Source of the DNA: Oscillospiraceae bacterium
Lineage (GTDB): Bacteria; Bacillota; Clostridia; Oscillospirales; Oscillospiraceae
Length of the DNA: 37,185 nt
Direction of reading: 5' to 3'
Assembly (NCBI GenBank): GCA_017937415.1
Contig: JAGBDQ010000240.1
Location: 1 to 37,185 of the forward strand
Shown here piece after piece: positions 1 through 12,000 of the stretch. Below the pieces are notes generated by a model, which did no database searches, was not told the DNA's origin, and saw only the letters and a program-made list of their open reading frames with translations. Made by a program: the position numbers and the translations under genes. Within the stretch, counting starts at the first letter, position 1; every line of letters begins with the position of its first letter.

Positions 1-3000
1 CTCCTGGTAGAACACGCTGTGATTGTCGCCCACGGAAACGCCTGTCACGTTGGGCAGGGTCACCAGGCCGCGGCTGTCCACTGGCTGGTTCTCAAAGGGA
101 GCGTACACCTGGCTGGGCTTATCCTTGTTGATCTCCGCCTTGTCAGCATCGTCCAGCGGCGTGTTGCGGCTGTTGGTGTAGGCCCGTCCAAGCTGGCCGT
201 AGGTGTTCACGCCCATCATCCAAATGGCGGCGTCGCCGGAAGCGTAGGTATCGGTGACAAAGGCCAGGTTGCGGGCGCCGGTATCAAAGGCAAACACGTT
301 CTGAGGCCGGCCATTCTTCAGAATGGACTTGCCGTTATGATTCTTCACATCCTCCCCGGTGGGCGCCAGCTGGTTCACTGTAAAGTAGGTGGGCCGTACA
401 GCGGAAAGGATCTCGGGCGTTGTGCCGTCCGCCCGGTCACTGGAGAAGGAGCCGGTCATCAGGACCTCGTGGTCCGTATTGATATACCAGGAGGCGTAAT
501 CGCCCGCCACGATCTCCAGCACCTCATGGAGGTACCGGCTCACTCTGGGCGTGTCCGTATTGGCCCTGCCGGGCTCGTTCTGGCCCCGGGTGACCTGGTA
601 AGGAATGGTCAGATAATTGCTGGTACCCACAGAAGTGTACTCAGTGCCCAGGCGGCCGTTGGCATTGGAGCCCCAGGCGTAGATCATGCCGTCGTCCATC
701 ATGGCGATGAAGTGGTTCTCGCCCGCGGCAAGTTCCACCACATCCCGCATGTACCGGTTGATGGCGGTGTAGGCGGTGGTCAGGCCGCTCTGGGTGACGC
801 CGGGCGCGCTGACGCCCGCCACCACCCGAACGGGCGTGCCGGCAGTATTGGTGGTAGCGTTGCCCAACTGACCGTAGTCGTTGGCGCCCCAAGTATAAAC
901 GAATCCGTTCTTATCCACGGCACCGGCGAAGTCATCTCCGGCGGCGATGGTACGAATATCCCGCAGATAGACCTCATCCTCTTCCAGCTTGGGCTGCGCG
1001 CCGATGAGGACCTTCTGGGCGTAAACACGGTTGCTGCTGTTGCCGTTGCCCAACTGATAGGCATCATTGCGGCCCCAGGTCCACACAAAGCCGTCCTTAT
1101 CCAGGGCCATGGTGAAGGAATCGCCCACGGAAATGGCAGTAATGTTTCTGAGCGGCGTGCCGTAAACGTCGGTAGTAACCTGAACGGGAACGCTCCGGTC
1201 GGTGGTGGTGCCGTCGCCCAGCTGTCCATAGCCGTTTTCGCCCCAAGCCCACACAGTGCCGTCGCTCATCAAGGCCACAGTAAAGTCAATACCGGCCCCG
1301 GTCTGGGGAGCCGCCAGCTTGGCGGAGGCGTTGGGCGTGCTCTTCCGAACCTCCTCGGTGTCCTGGATCACGGTAAGACGGACCACACCGTAAAGGGGCG
1401 TGTCCTTCCCGGTGTATTTCACAAGAATATTGGCGGTGCCGTACCCATTCTCCACAGGCTTGATGATCCACTTGCCGTTGGCGGCATCCTTCTCCACCTG
1501 GGCCACATTATGGTCAGAGGTGGTAATGACCAGAGTATCGGCGTCCAGGTCGTAGACGCTGAGGCCCGCCTCGCGGATGGTCCTGCCGGTATCGGTAAAG
1601 CTCTCCCACGGGTTTTCGTTGTTACCGGCAGCCGCGTCGGTCTTGACAGCCAACGCGTACATATCGGTGGTGGAAAGATCATTCCACAGCAGGAAGCCGG
1701 AGGCATACTCCATGGTAATGGTTTTGGGATCCAGGGTCAGGGTCTGGTTGTGGGTCAGGACCACGAAGGCCTCCTCACCCAGCTCGTCGGTCTTGCCGGT
1801 TCCCTTGGCGGGCAGGACCCAGTTCAGCAACTTTTCCTTCTGGCCCAAAGCGTTGGTCACTTCCAGCTCCTCAGGCTTGAAGGTATTGCCGTCCGCATTC
1901 TTAATGGAGAGCGCGTTATTGAGGAACAGTCCGTGGTGATCGTCGGCGCCCACACGGAAGGGATAGGCCCGGGTATTGGGGTTGCCGTTGGCGGCTGTGC
2001 CCTCGTTGACGAGGTCACCGGCAGTATTGGTATTGTTGATGTAGCTGCCCAACTGGTGATTGGCATTGTTGCCCCAGGCGTAGATAGACCCGTCGTTGCG
2101 CAGAATGGTGGTGTGGTTGTCGCCGGTGGCGGCCATGACCACACGGTCCACATACGCAGAGGCAGGATCAGAATTGAAGAAGTAAAGGTCGGTAAGGCCC
2201 TTGCTGCCGGTGCTGTCATACTTGCGCATCTGGGTGTAGGTGGTCACATTGCCTACGCTCAGCCCCTGGGCCAGCGCATTGTAGGTCGTACCGTTGACTC
2301 CGGCGCCGTAAAGGTTATCCTTGTTGGTGACCACCATAGTGCGGGTGGCGCCGCCCGAGATCTGGACAGCATACTCCTCCACCACAGAGGGCTTGCCCTC
2401 CTCAGCGGAGGTCTCCTTCCACCAGTTCTGGGCGGGCAGCGTGGGCAGGTGCTTATCGGCCGCGCCGGAATCCATGCCGAGCTGGCCATAAGCGTTGTCG
2501 CCCCAAGTGTAAACCTTCCGGTCCCGCATAAGAGCGATAGTGCTCTCATTGCTCAGGTCAGCCTCCACGGCGCCCCGAAGGTAAGCGTCGTAGCTCATGC
2601 CGGAGGCGTCCCCGGCGCGGACATACATGGGAACGTCCTTATTGTTGTAATTCTGGCCGCCGTTATTCTGGCCATAGCCCACCTGACCGTTGGCGTTGTT
2701 GCCCCAGACCACCAGGGAGCCGTCTGCCCGGAGGGCAGCCGCAGTGCGGTAACCAGCGGCAATAGCCACCACGCCTTCCAGATAACGGTATTCGTAACTG
2801 CCGCCCAAAGCGCCGCGGACCCGGACGGGTGCGGAACGGTCCGTGTTGGTACCGTCGCCCAGCTGCCCGTTGCCGTTGTAGCCCCAGCTCCAGACCTTGC
2901 CGCTCTCGGTCAGAGCCAGGCGCAGGTTATTGCCGGCAGCGATCTTTACCACCCGCTCGTTCCCGAAGGAGCTCTTGCCGAAGGTGGCAGTGACCTGTTT

Positions 3001-6000
3001 GCCGTTGCCGGGCCACTGATAGACGGTGCCCTCATTGTCCAGCGCCACACCGCCGGTAGAGGCGTCGGCTGCGATCTCAATGATGTTGGTCAGCGCGGTG
3101 CCGTTGCTCCGGGTCACCTGCGCGGGATAGCTTCCGCCGGTAGTGCCCCAGGTCCAGACGGTGCCGTCCGCCTTCAGCGCTACGGAGTAATTGGTCGCAT
3201 TAGCGATCTGAGGCGCGGCCACCACGGTAGTCCGTCCTGCGGCACCCACCAGCTGCTGGCGGACGGTGACCACCAGGCGACCCTCCATCCCGGTAGCCTT
3301 ATCGTAAAGGCTGATCGTAGTGTCGCCGTAGTAGCCGTTGCTGTTGGCGGTGATGATGACCTTTCCGGTGGTATCGTCCACCGAGACGGTGGCGATCCGG
3401 GTGTCCGAAGAGGCATAGACAAACCGTGCGCTGCTGGCCTTGGGCAGGTTGGTCCAGGCCTTCACGGTGGCGCTTCCGGGCGTCGCGTCGCCCATCTCCA
3501 CCACATTCGTGGTGCCCACAGTCTTTGTAGTGGCCACACCGTCGGGATTGGCCACAGGAGTACGCTCGGTGAGCTGGTAGAGATTCAGGCCCTGGGTATG
3601 GACCCGCAGGATGGTATCGAAGGAGAAGGTCTTGCCCTCGTCCAGATCGACAAAGTAGTTGCTCTCGTTCACATCGCCTTCTTCGTCGCCGCTGACCATG
3701 ACAAGCCGGTCCATGTCGTTCTCACCGGCCCGGACAGGCTGGGCGTTGCTTTCCAGCGTAGTTCCGAAGTTCTCCTGAATGCCCCGGGCGCCATTCTGGT
3801 TGTTTCCGGTGGTGTAGACCCGGCCGTCAGAGGTCAGGAGGATACCGGCATGGACGCTGAAGTCGCCGGCCACCACATTCCGCAGCAGAGTATCCGTATC
3901 GGTCACGATCTTGCCGTCGGCGTTGGTGGTTATGGCATTCCAGGCGTTCTGAGGCCGGGACAGCTCCGCGGTGGCAGCGGCGGCCACGCCCAACTGCCCC
4001 TGGGCATTGGCGCCCCAGGTAAAGGCCACGTTCTTCTCCAGCACGGTGTTCTTCTCATCCCGCAGAGAGCCGGTGACCACATAATTGCCCTTGCCCGAGT
4101 TGATCCCGGTCAGGTAGAAGTACCGGGTCGTTCCGTCCTTCTCCAGCTTATACAGCTTATTGCTCTCGGAAGGAGTCGTCACGGTATAGCCGGTGGCGCC
4201 GCCAAGGGACACATTTTTGTCATTGTTGAACACAATGGCGTTGTTCCAGTTCATATAGCTGCGGTTGCTGCCGGTATTCACCGCCACCGCGTCTCTGCTG
4301 TAACGGTGATACTCGCTCTGATAATTGCTTCTGTGGGTCAGCTTCTGGCTGCCCAGCCCGGCATAATATACGCTTCCATCGGCGCTCAGGGCCATAATGC
4401 CGCCCTCGCCCACCGAGATGTCCACGATGTAACGCAGGGTCTCGCCGAACTGGTTCTGGAGCCACCAGCCGCCCTCGCCCACCGTGCAGCCATACCACAT
4501 GTACACATGGCCAGTGGCGGTCAGTACGTAATAGTAATTGTAGTTCGTATCTCCGCCGACGCCCACCTTGACCGCCGCGCGGTCCAGGCTGCGCTTCACG
4601 AAGGAGGTCTCATAATGTCCACAGCCGCTGATGTGGACGTGGCCGCTCTGCCAGACAGTGCCGTCCTTCTTCAGGATGATCACAGCGTCATTCGTAGCGG
4701 AAACCTGCAGCACATTTGTAGCGGTCAGAATGGGCGCATCCACACTGGTGGTATCCAAAACCGTCGCAAGCCCGTTGGCCAGCTTTCCGTAGCTGTTGCT
4801 GCCCCAGGCGTACAGCTCGCCGTAAGCGGTAAGGGCATAAGCGGTGTTGACGCCGCTGTCCGTGCCGGTCATGATGACCTGCGGCACCGCAATGGCCTTG
4901 GCGTCGCTGAGATCGCTGTTGATGTCGGCCAGGTCGGCGCTCTGGTCGGTGGTATCGTCCTCCAGGGTGGGGATCACAGAAATGGTCAGCAGACTGTGAA
5001 TATCCCGCTCCATATCCATGAAGATGACAGAGGCATAGCCCTGGGCGCTCTGGTCCCGGTTCACGCTGAGGCGTACCTTGGTGGGATAGCACTTTGTACC
5101 GGCCTCGTCCACAAAGCTCTCATAGTCACCGGTGACCTTGCTTTCATCCGTCACCTTGGTGCCGTCGGCGTACTCAAAGGCGAAGGGAGTCACGGTAATC
5201 AGGTCGGTGTTCAGGCTCCTGACCTTCATACTCTCCCAGACGGCGGCCACGTCCTCGTAGTCCACCCGCAGGTTGAAACCCCAGTCCTCACGGACAAACA
5301 TGCTCTTCAGGTCGATCTCCAGATCCTGGAAGGGACGCAGGGTGATCCGGCGGTCCAGAGGCTTTTCCTGGGCCGCGGGAGCGAAGGTAGCGCTTCTGCC
5401 ATAGTCAGCGATCTTCACGCGCGCATATTTTGTATCGTTCCGCTCCGGGTCAACCGCGGAGGTGCTGTTGCTGACGCCGTCAATCTGATAGGCATACAGC
5501 TCCGCCTTGTTGATGACCAGATCGTAATAATCCTCGCTGCCCACCTGGACGGGAGTCCCCACCAGGCCCTCCGCATCGCCGAAGTCGCCCCGGCGGTATG
5601 CCTCGTCGCTGCCCCAGGCCCACACGGAGCCTTCCTTCTGGACGGCCACGGTTGTCAGTTCACTGAGAGACAGGTCGTAGGGACGGTTGAAGTAGCCGCC
5701 GAAATCGTTGGGGGCCGTCTTCTGATTGGTTACGGTCCGGGTATTGTAGCTGTTGCCCTGGAGGGCACGGTCACCAGTCTGGGCAGGGCTGGTGTTGTCG
5801 TTGTCGCCCTGCTGATAGCTGGTATTCAGGCCCAGAACGTGAAGCTTATTGGTGTCGGGATCAATGTTGTCCAGGTTCTCCGTATAGATGGCGCCGCTGT
5901 TGTAAGCGCCGGCGTAGACCTTCAGCAGGTCAATATCCATTCCGTCACTGTCCGCGCCGTTATTGGCATAGGTGCCCAGGCCGGTGACGTAGTTCACCAG

Positions 6001-9000
6001 GCCCCGGTTCGTGTTGGTCCCCTGGTCGCCAAGCTGGGCATTTCCGTCGTTGCCCCAGGACACCACATCCCGGCGCTGGCTGCCGTTGATGGCAGTCTCG
6101 GTCACAATGTACTTCGGATCCAGGACCTCCTTGGTCTCGCCGCTGTTGTAGTCACACCGGGTCTCGGTTCCGGCGGTCCCGCCACCTTCGCCGCCCTCGG
6201 CGGCCGTGGCCCCGCCGCCGGACGCGCCGCTGCCGTCACCGGGATCGGTGGCGGTAATGATCGCTGTGCAGGTCAAAATCACCGTACCATCCTCGTTTTT
6301 GGTGATGGTATGGGTATCCGAGCTGTCGCCCACGTGCTCAGCGCCGCACTTGGGACAGGTATAGGTCGTGGTGGTAACATCCTCATTCCTGGTGATCCCC
6401 CGCACGGCCAGGGTGTGGTAGTAGCCGGAATCCAGGGTCAGCACGTCGGTCAGATAAGTGGTACCCAGCATACCGCCGGCCACGGCGTAAGGATTGTACT
6501 CCTTCACCTTGTAGAGGGTAGTGCCGTAGCCAGCGCCCATGAGCAGATTGGCGTCGGACACGCCGCCCTCATCGGGCAGATCCTGCTCTTGAGAGCCCAC
6601 CACAAAGACGGTGCCGTCCTGCCGCAGCAGGTAAAGGGCTCTGCCGGCGGCCGAGATCTCAATGATGTTGGTCAGCTCAATATTGTGCTGATAGCCTATA
6701 GAGACGCTGATGGTGTCGGTATGGCTGGCGCTGAAGCCGCTGCGCAGCGCGTGCGCGGTGGTCAGCTCATGGGTCAACTGGTTATTGTAACTATAGCCGT
6801 AGTATTCATGATAACGGTACTGGTCATGGAAGTAGTTCCGGCCCCAGACATAGACCTTGCCGGTGGTCTTATCCACGGCGGCGCTGTAATACATACCGGC
6901 GGCGATCTGGCCGATATTATTGCTCAGGCCCTGGACCTGACGTGCCGTGGTGTAGGAGTTGCTGAAATTGTTATCGGTGCTGCCGATGCCCAGCTGGCCG
7001 TAATTGTTCATGCCTACGGACCAGACCGTGCCGTTGTTGGAGAGGATCAGGGCATGGTCATAGCCGGCAGCCACCGCAACGGCGGTCCCGCTGAATTCTT
7101 TGACCTGAACGGGATAGGAGGCCGCGTAATTGTAATAACTGTTACTGCTGCTATAGGCCCGGCCCCAGGTGCCCCAGGCCCAGACAGTGCCGTCGGCCTT
7201 CAGAGCGATGGAGAAGGCGTTGCCGCTGGAGACCATGGGCGTTGCCACAGCGTTTTTCACAGCCAGGGAAACCTCGGTGACGTTCACGGTCACCATGAAG
7301 GAATATCCGGTCCTGGTGTTGCGGATGGACACATTGGCCCAGCCGATGCCGGTGCTGGTGATCACGATACCGGTATCGGTGACCTCGGCCTTCACCACGC
7401 TGGGATCACTGGAAATGGCCACGATGTGGTCGGTTTCGGTGATCTTGGTGCGGGTGGCGCTGAACCGGAGACTGTATGCGTAATCGTAATCCTCATACAG
7501 CTCATCGAAGGGGATGGTCATGCTGGTCCGGGTGGCGGTGGGCGTCAGGCTGTCCACATAGGCCTGGGCGTCAGCCTCGCTCATGCCGGAGGCGATCTTA
7601 TCCTTCCTGACCCAGTCCATGGTGTACTGTTCAGGCAGAACGTTCACCTGCAACGTATAGAAGTTGCTCTGCTTGGTGCCGTTTACGCCGCCCTTGAGCC
7701 AGCGGTACAGCTTCAGTTCCTCGTTGCCGAAGCGGTCAGGAATCTGAGAGTCCTTGTTTACAACGGGATCCCCGGCGTTCTGGTCGAGCTTGCCCCAGTT
7801 GTAATGGCCCATGAAATAGACCTGGCCCTGCCAGTCCATCAGCACCGTATGCGTTGTACCGGCGGAGAAATAGGAGGTAGTCCGGAAATAGGGGTCCAGG
7901 CGAGAGGTTCCGCCTTCCCCGCCCCGCACCACCAGGTTGTCACCCGCCAGAATGGCCTTGGGCACGTACACTTTCTCGTCATCCACGCCGACGCCCAGCT
8001 GGTGATTGGTGTTGAGGCCCCAGGCGAAGGCCATATCGACACCGACCTGCGCGGTAGCCATGGCATGGTTGGGACCGGCATAGATCTCAGCCGCCCGGAC
8101 CTCCAGCCCGGTTTCGGGATTAATCAAAGAGACCTTCGTGGGGACCTTGGCCGACGTAACGGTATCAGGATCCTTGCCCAGGACACCATGCTGGTTTTTG
8201 CCCCAGACATAGACCTCATTGGTCCGCATCAGGGCCATACTGTACTGAGTGGCAGCATCAATACGGATGACGTCACGGAGATAGTAGGCCTCGCTGTCGT
8301 ACTCGCCGGGAGTGACCCGGATGGGGGTATAGTGGTCGTTGGTGGTGTTGTCGCCCAACTGGCCGTAGTTGTTGGCACCCCAGGCATAGACGGTGGAGTC
8401 GCTCCGCAGGGCCAACGCGTGGCCATTACCGGCGGCGACCCGGGTGATATTCACTAAGTTGTCGATGCCCTCCTGGCCCAGGACCTTGTGGGGGGTCGCA
8501 TAGACCAAACGGTCATTTTCATAGGCGGCGCTGGTGGAGTCGGTGGTGCCGTTGTGCCAGTAGCCGCTGGAATCTCTCCAGACATTGGCCTTGTAGCCGA
8601 TGCCCTGCTGGCCGTTGGCGTTGCTGCCCCAGACCCAGACCGTATTCACATTCTTCAGCTCGGTACCCACCTGCTTACCGGCGCTCACCGCCATGGCGAA
8701 ATCCTGACCCATGGAGATGTTGAAAATGGGGCCGGTCTCGGTGGCAGGACCCAGGGTGCTCACCTTCACAGCGTTGAGCTGGTCGTAACGCCGCTCGATC
8801 CAGTGATTTTTTCCTGTGCTGAGGTCACCCTCATATCTGCCATACCATCTCACATTGGAGTTCCCGTTGCCCAACTGGCCGTAATCGTTGCGGCCCCAAG
8901 TGTACACATTGCCCAGGTTGGTAAGGGCCATAAAGGAACGGTCATAGCCCTCGATCTGAACGATGTGCTCGTTGGCACCCAGGCCCTGGAAGGAGACCTG

Positions 9001-12000
9001 CGTGGGATATTCATAGGTATATCTGTAATCATTGATCCAAATATCGCCCCACTGCCACACAGTACCGTCAGCCTGGAGGGCCACGGTGACGTTGTTGCCG
9101 GCCACCACAGCGGCGTTGGCCTTGGGCAGGACAGCGTCGATCTGGGTGGGCAGGACGTAGACCTCGTAGTCGCCCCAGTACATATCGCGTTCGTTGCGCA
9201 GGGTGATGATGATCCGGCCATAGGCCTTGCCCGTGGGCTTCAGATACATTTTGCCGTCTTGGTCAAGGGCAAAGTCCGCGATCCAGGGATCGGAAGAGGT
9301 GTAGGTGATACGCGCGTCAGCAGGCAGATACCGCTCAAACTTGGGATCCAGCACGTTGAAGTTGCTGCTGAAAGCCTGGCGCAGATCCTTTTCCACGATC
9401 CAAAGCCACTGGTTGTCGTAGATGGTAACGCTCTGGGGCATCTTGGGCTTCCAGGGAGAGGGGGCTACCGACGTAGTGGTATCCGTGTTGTTATAAATGT
9501 GCGCCTCGCCGATGTACAGCGTATAGAAGGTATCCAGGTCAATCTGGGTAGGCACATAACGCGGATCGCTCTTGAAATCGAATTTACGGTCGTTCCTGCC
9601 GCTGAACCAAACCGTGCCGTCCTCCTGAACGAAGAAGAGGGTCTCGCTGCCGGCGGCAATGTAAAGGTTCTCCCGAATGTACTCGGCCTTGGTCTTGGCG
9701 GCATCATTCTGGATCTCGGAGCCCACTTCCTCCACCATAGAGACCGTGCCGCCCTTGCGGACCAGCGTAGCCCGTGTCGTATCGTCAGGCAGGATCATAC
9801 TGCCCGAGCCGGCACCTTCCGCCACGCCAAGCTGACCCTTGGAGTTGTCGCCCCAGGCATAGATCAGCGTAGCGTCAAAGGGAGGATTACCGATCTTCAG
9901 GGTATCATAGAGGGTATCGCCCACCAAGGCAGCCGAGAAGTTGTCGCCGGCGGTAAGCTGGCGGACCTCCTCCAGAGGCTTGCCGGCGGTGTCAATGACC
10001 CGGGTGGGTGTACGGACCATCAGGTCGGCCTTGTCGGCCACCACGCCGGTGACCTCATAGGTCCCCATCACGGGCACGGTCACAGTGATCGTTTCCTTAA
10101 CGGGATTTCCGTCTTCGCCCAGGACTGGAGTCCCATCCTCATTGGTCTTGTCCACTTCCCGCTCTTCCTCCACGGTCTGATAGAGGATGTTCCCGCTCTC
10201 ATCTTTCAGAACATTGCCCTGTTCATCCTTCTGGGCCTTCTGATGGGTGAGCGTGACATTGACACCGGAGCCTGTAAGTTCAGGATCGCCGGTGTGGAAT
10301 TTCTTCCCGCAATCGGGGCAGGTAAAGGTGTAGATGATGCCAATGCCCAGCTGGCCCTTGGAGTTGTCTCCGACAGCATAGGCGCCCATGGTGTACTCGC
10401 CGTCGATGGGAAGGTACTTTCCGCTCTCCTCGTCCTTTTCCAGCTTGGGAACCACGGCCTGGATCAGGGTGTGTCCCTTCCCGGTGGCAATGGAGACGAT
10501 ATTCCTCATCTTACCGGTGACGAGCTGATCCTTGGTGCCGGAAACGGCAACAGGGACCACCACGCTGCCGCTGGCCACCACGCCCAGCTGGCCCTTTTCA
10601 TTGCTGCCCCAAGTCCAGGCAGTGCCGTCCGCCAAAACAGCAGCGGAGTGGTTGCCCGAGGCACTGATGGAAATGACGTTCTCCAGATAGGCGGTACGTC
10701 CTGCGCTGACGCCCTTGAGCACCTTGGTAGGCGTATAGCGGGCGGCCGTGGCCTGATATGCTCTGTCATTGACGGTGACCAGCCTGGAGCTGTAGTCGTA
10801 GCCGGTGTCGCCCACGCCCAGCTGGCCCTTGGCGTTATCGCCAAAAGCCCACACGCTGCCCTTATCATCCAGAAGGAGGGTGTGGTTGTCGCCCGCCGCG
10901 ATAGAGACGATCTTCCCAAAGAGCTGGTCGGCCTTGAAGGGGCCGTTCTCCGGATCGATCGCAGTCGGATCCGCCTTGGCTGTGGCCGACTGATCCCGGG
11001 ACAGAAGGTGTTTCAGCAGGTCGGTGGGGTTCTCAACGATCTGCTGCCGCTTATACCGGTTGAGGGTGGTTTTCTGCGGCCGCTGGCTGCTGTCGTAACG
11101 GTCCACAACAGTCTTATAGTAGGTCTCGCTGTTGAGGTAAATGCCGGTCTGCCCGTAAGTGTTGTCGCCCCATGTGTAGACCCTGCCATTTATGTCAAGG
11201 GCAACATAGTGGTTTGCGCCCATGGCGATCTGGGCAATATAGTTCGGGAAAGGAATCATAGTCGGCCTGGTGCAGTCCACCAGATTGCCGTTTTTGTCCC
11301 GATAAGCGCCCTTGCCCCAGGTCCAGACAGTGCCGTCGGCCTTCAGGGCCAGCGTGACCTTGTCGTTGGAAACGATCATGGGAGTGGCATAACGATTTTC
11401 AGTATCAGGCAGGTCAGGATTCTCGGAGTACTGATTCAGTTCATCCTTGACCTTCACCATGAAGAGTCCGACCACGTTGCCGTTGGCATCCACGGCGGCT
11501 ACCGTAACGTCACCGATCTTCTGGAAGCTGGAATAGCTCATGCCGGCAGAGCGCATCTTCCAGGTGCCATTCTCCTCATACACCTCCAGAATGCTCTTGT
11601 CGCTGGAGAGGAAACGGATCTCAGGGTAAAGGGTGCTCAGGTTTTCCGTTGTAGTCGTCGGATCGTTGGACAACAGGTTGAAGCCAAAGTACTGGGTCTG
11701 TTCCACCTCGTCCAGAATATCGATGGTCAGATTCTTGTTCATATCCCACCAGGTCTCGATCCGGTTATAGCCGGCAGAGGTGCGGTTCAGGTTTCCGCCA
11801 AACTGGAACTGCAGCATCTTAGCCGCCTGCTCGCCGGTGTAGCAGGGCTCTTCACGCCAGTCGTCGGTGCTGTCATCCGTGCCCCGGGCGGCAAGGCCCA
11901 ACTGGCCCTTGGTGTTGTCGCCGAAGGAGAGCACGTGGCCGGTGGAGGTGATCAGAACGCTGTGGCTGCCCCCGGCAGCCGCCATCATCATACCCTCGGC

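Noticed and set aside
19-8457. 2812-aa + strand ORF (and the 1624, 511, 1738, 279, 191 and 1705-aa + ORFs up to 28503) as real genes
   Set aside because: They are codon-aligned antisense of the RCC1 giant gene. Recurrent AQLAVxVVAP is the reverse reading of WGxNxxGQLG. They have V/G/A/H-rich shadow composition and no recognisable domains.
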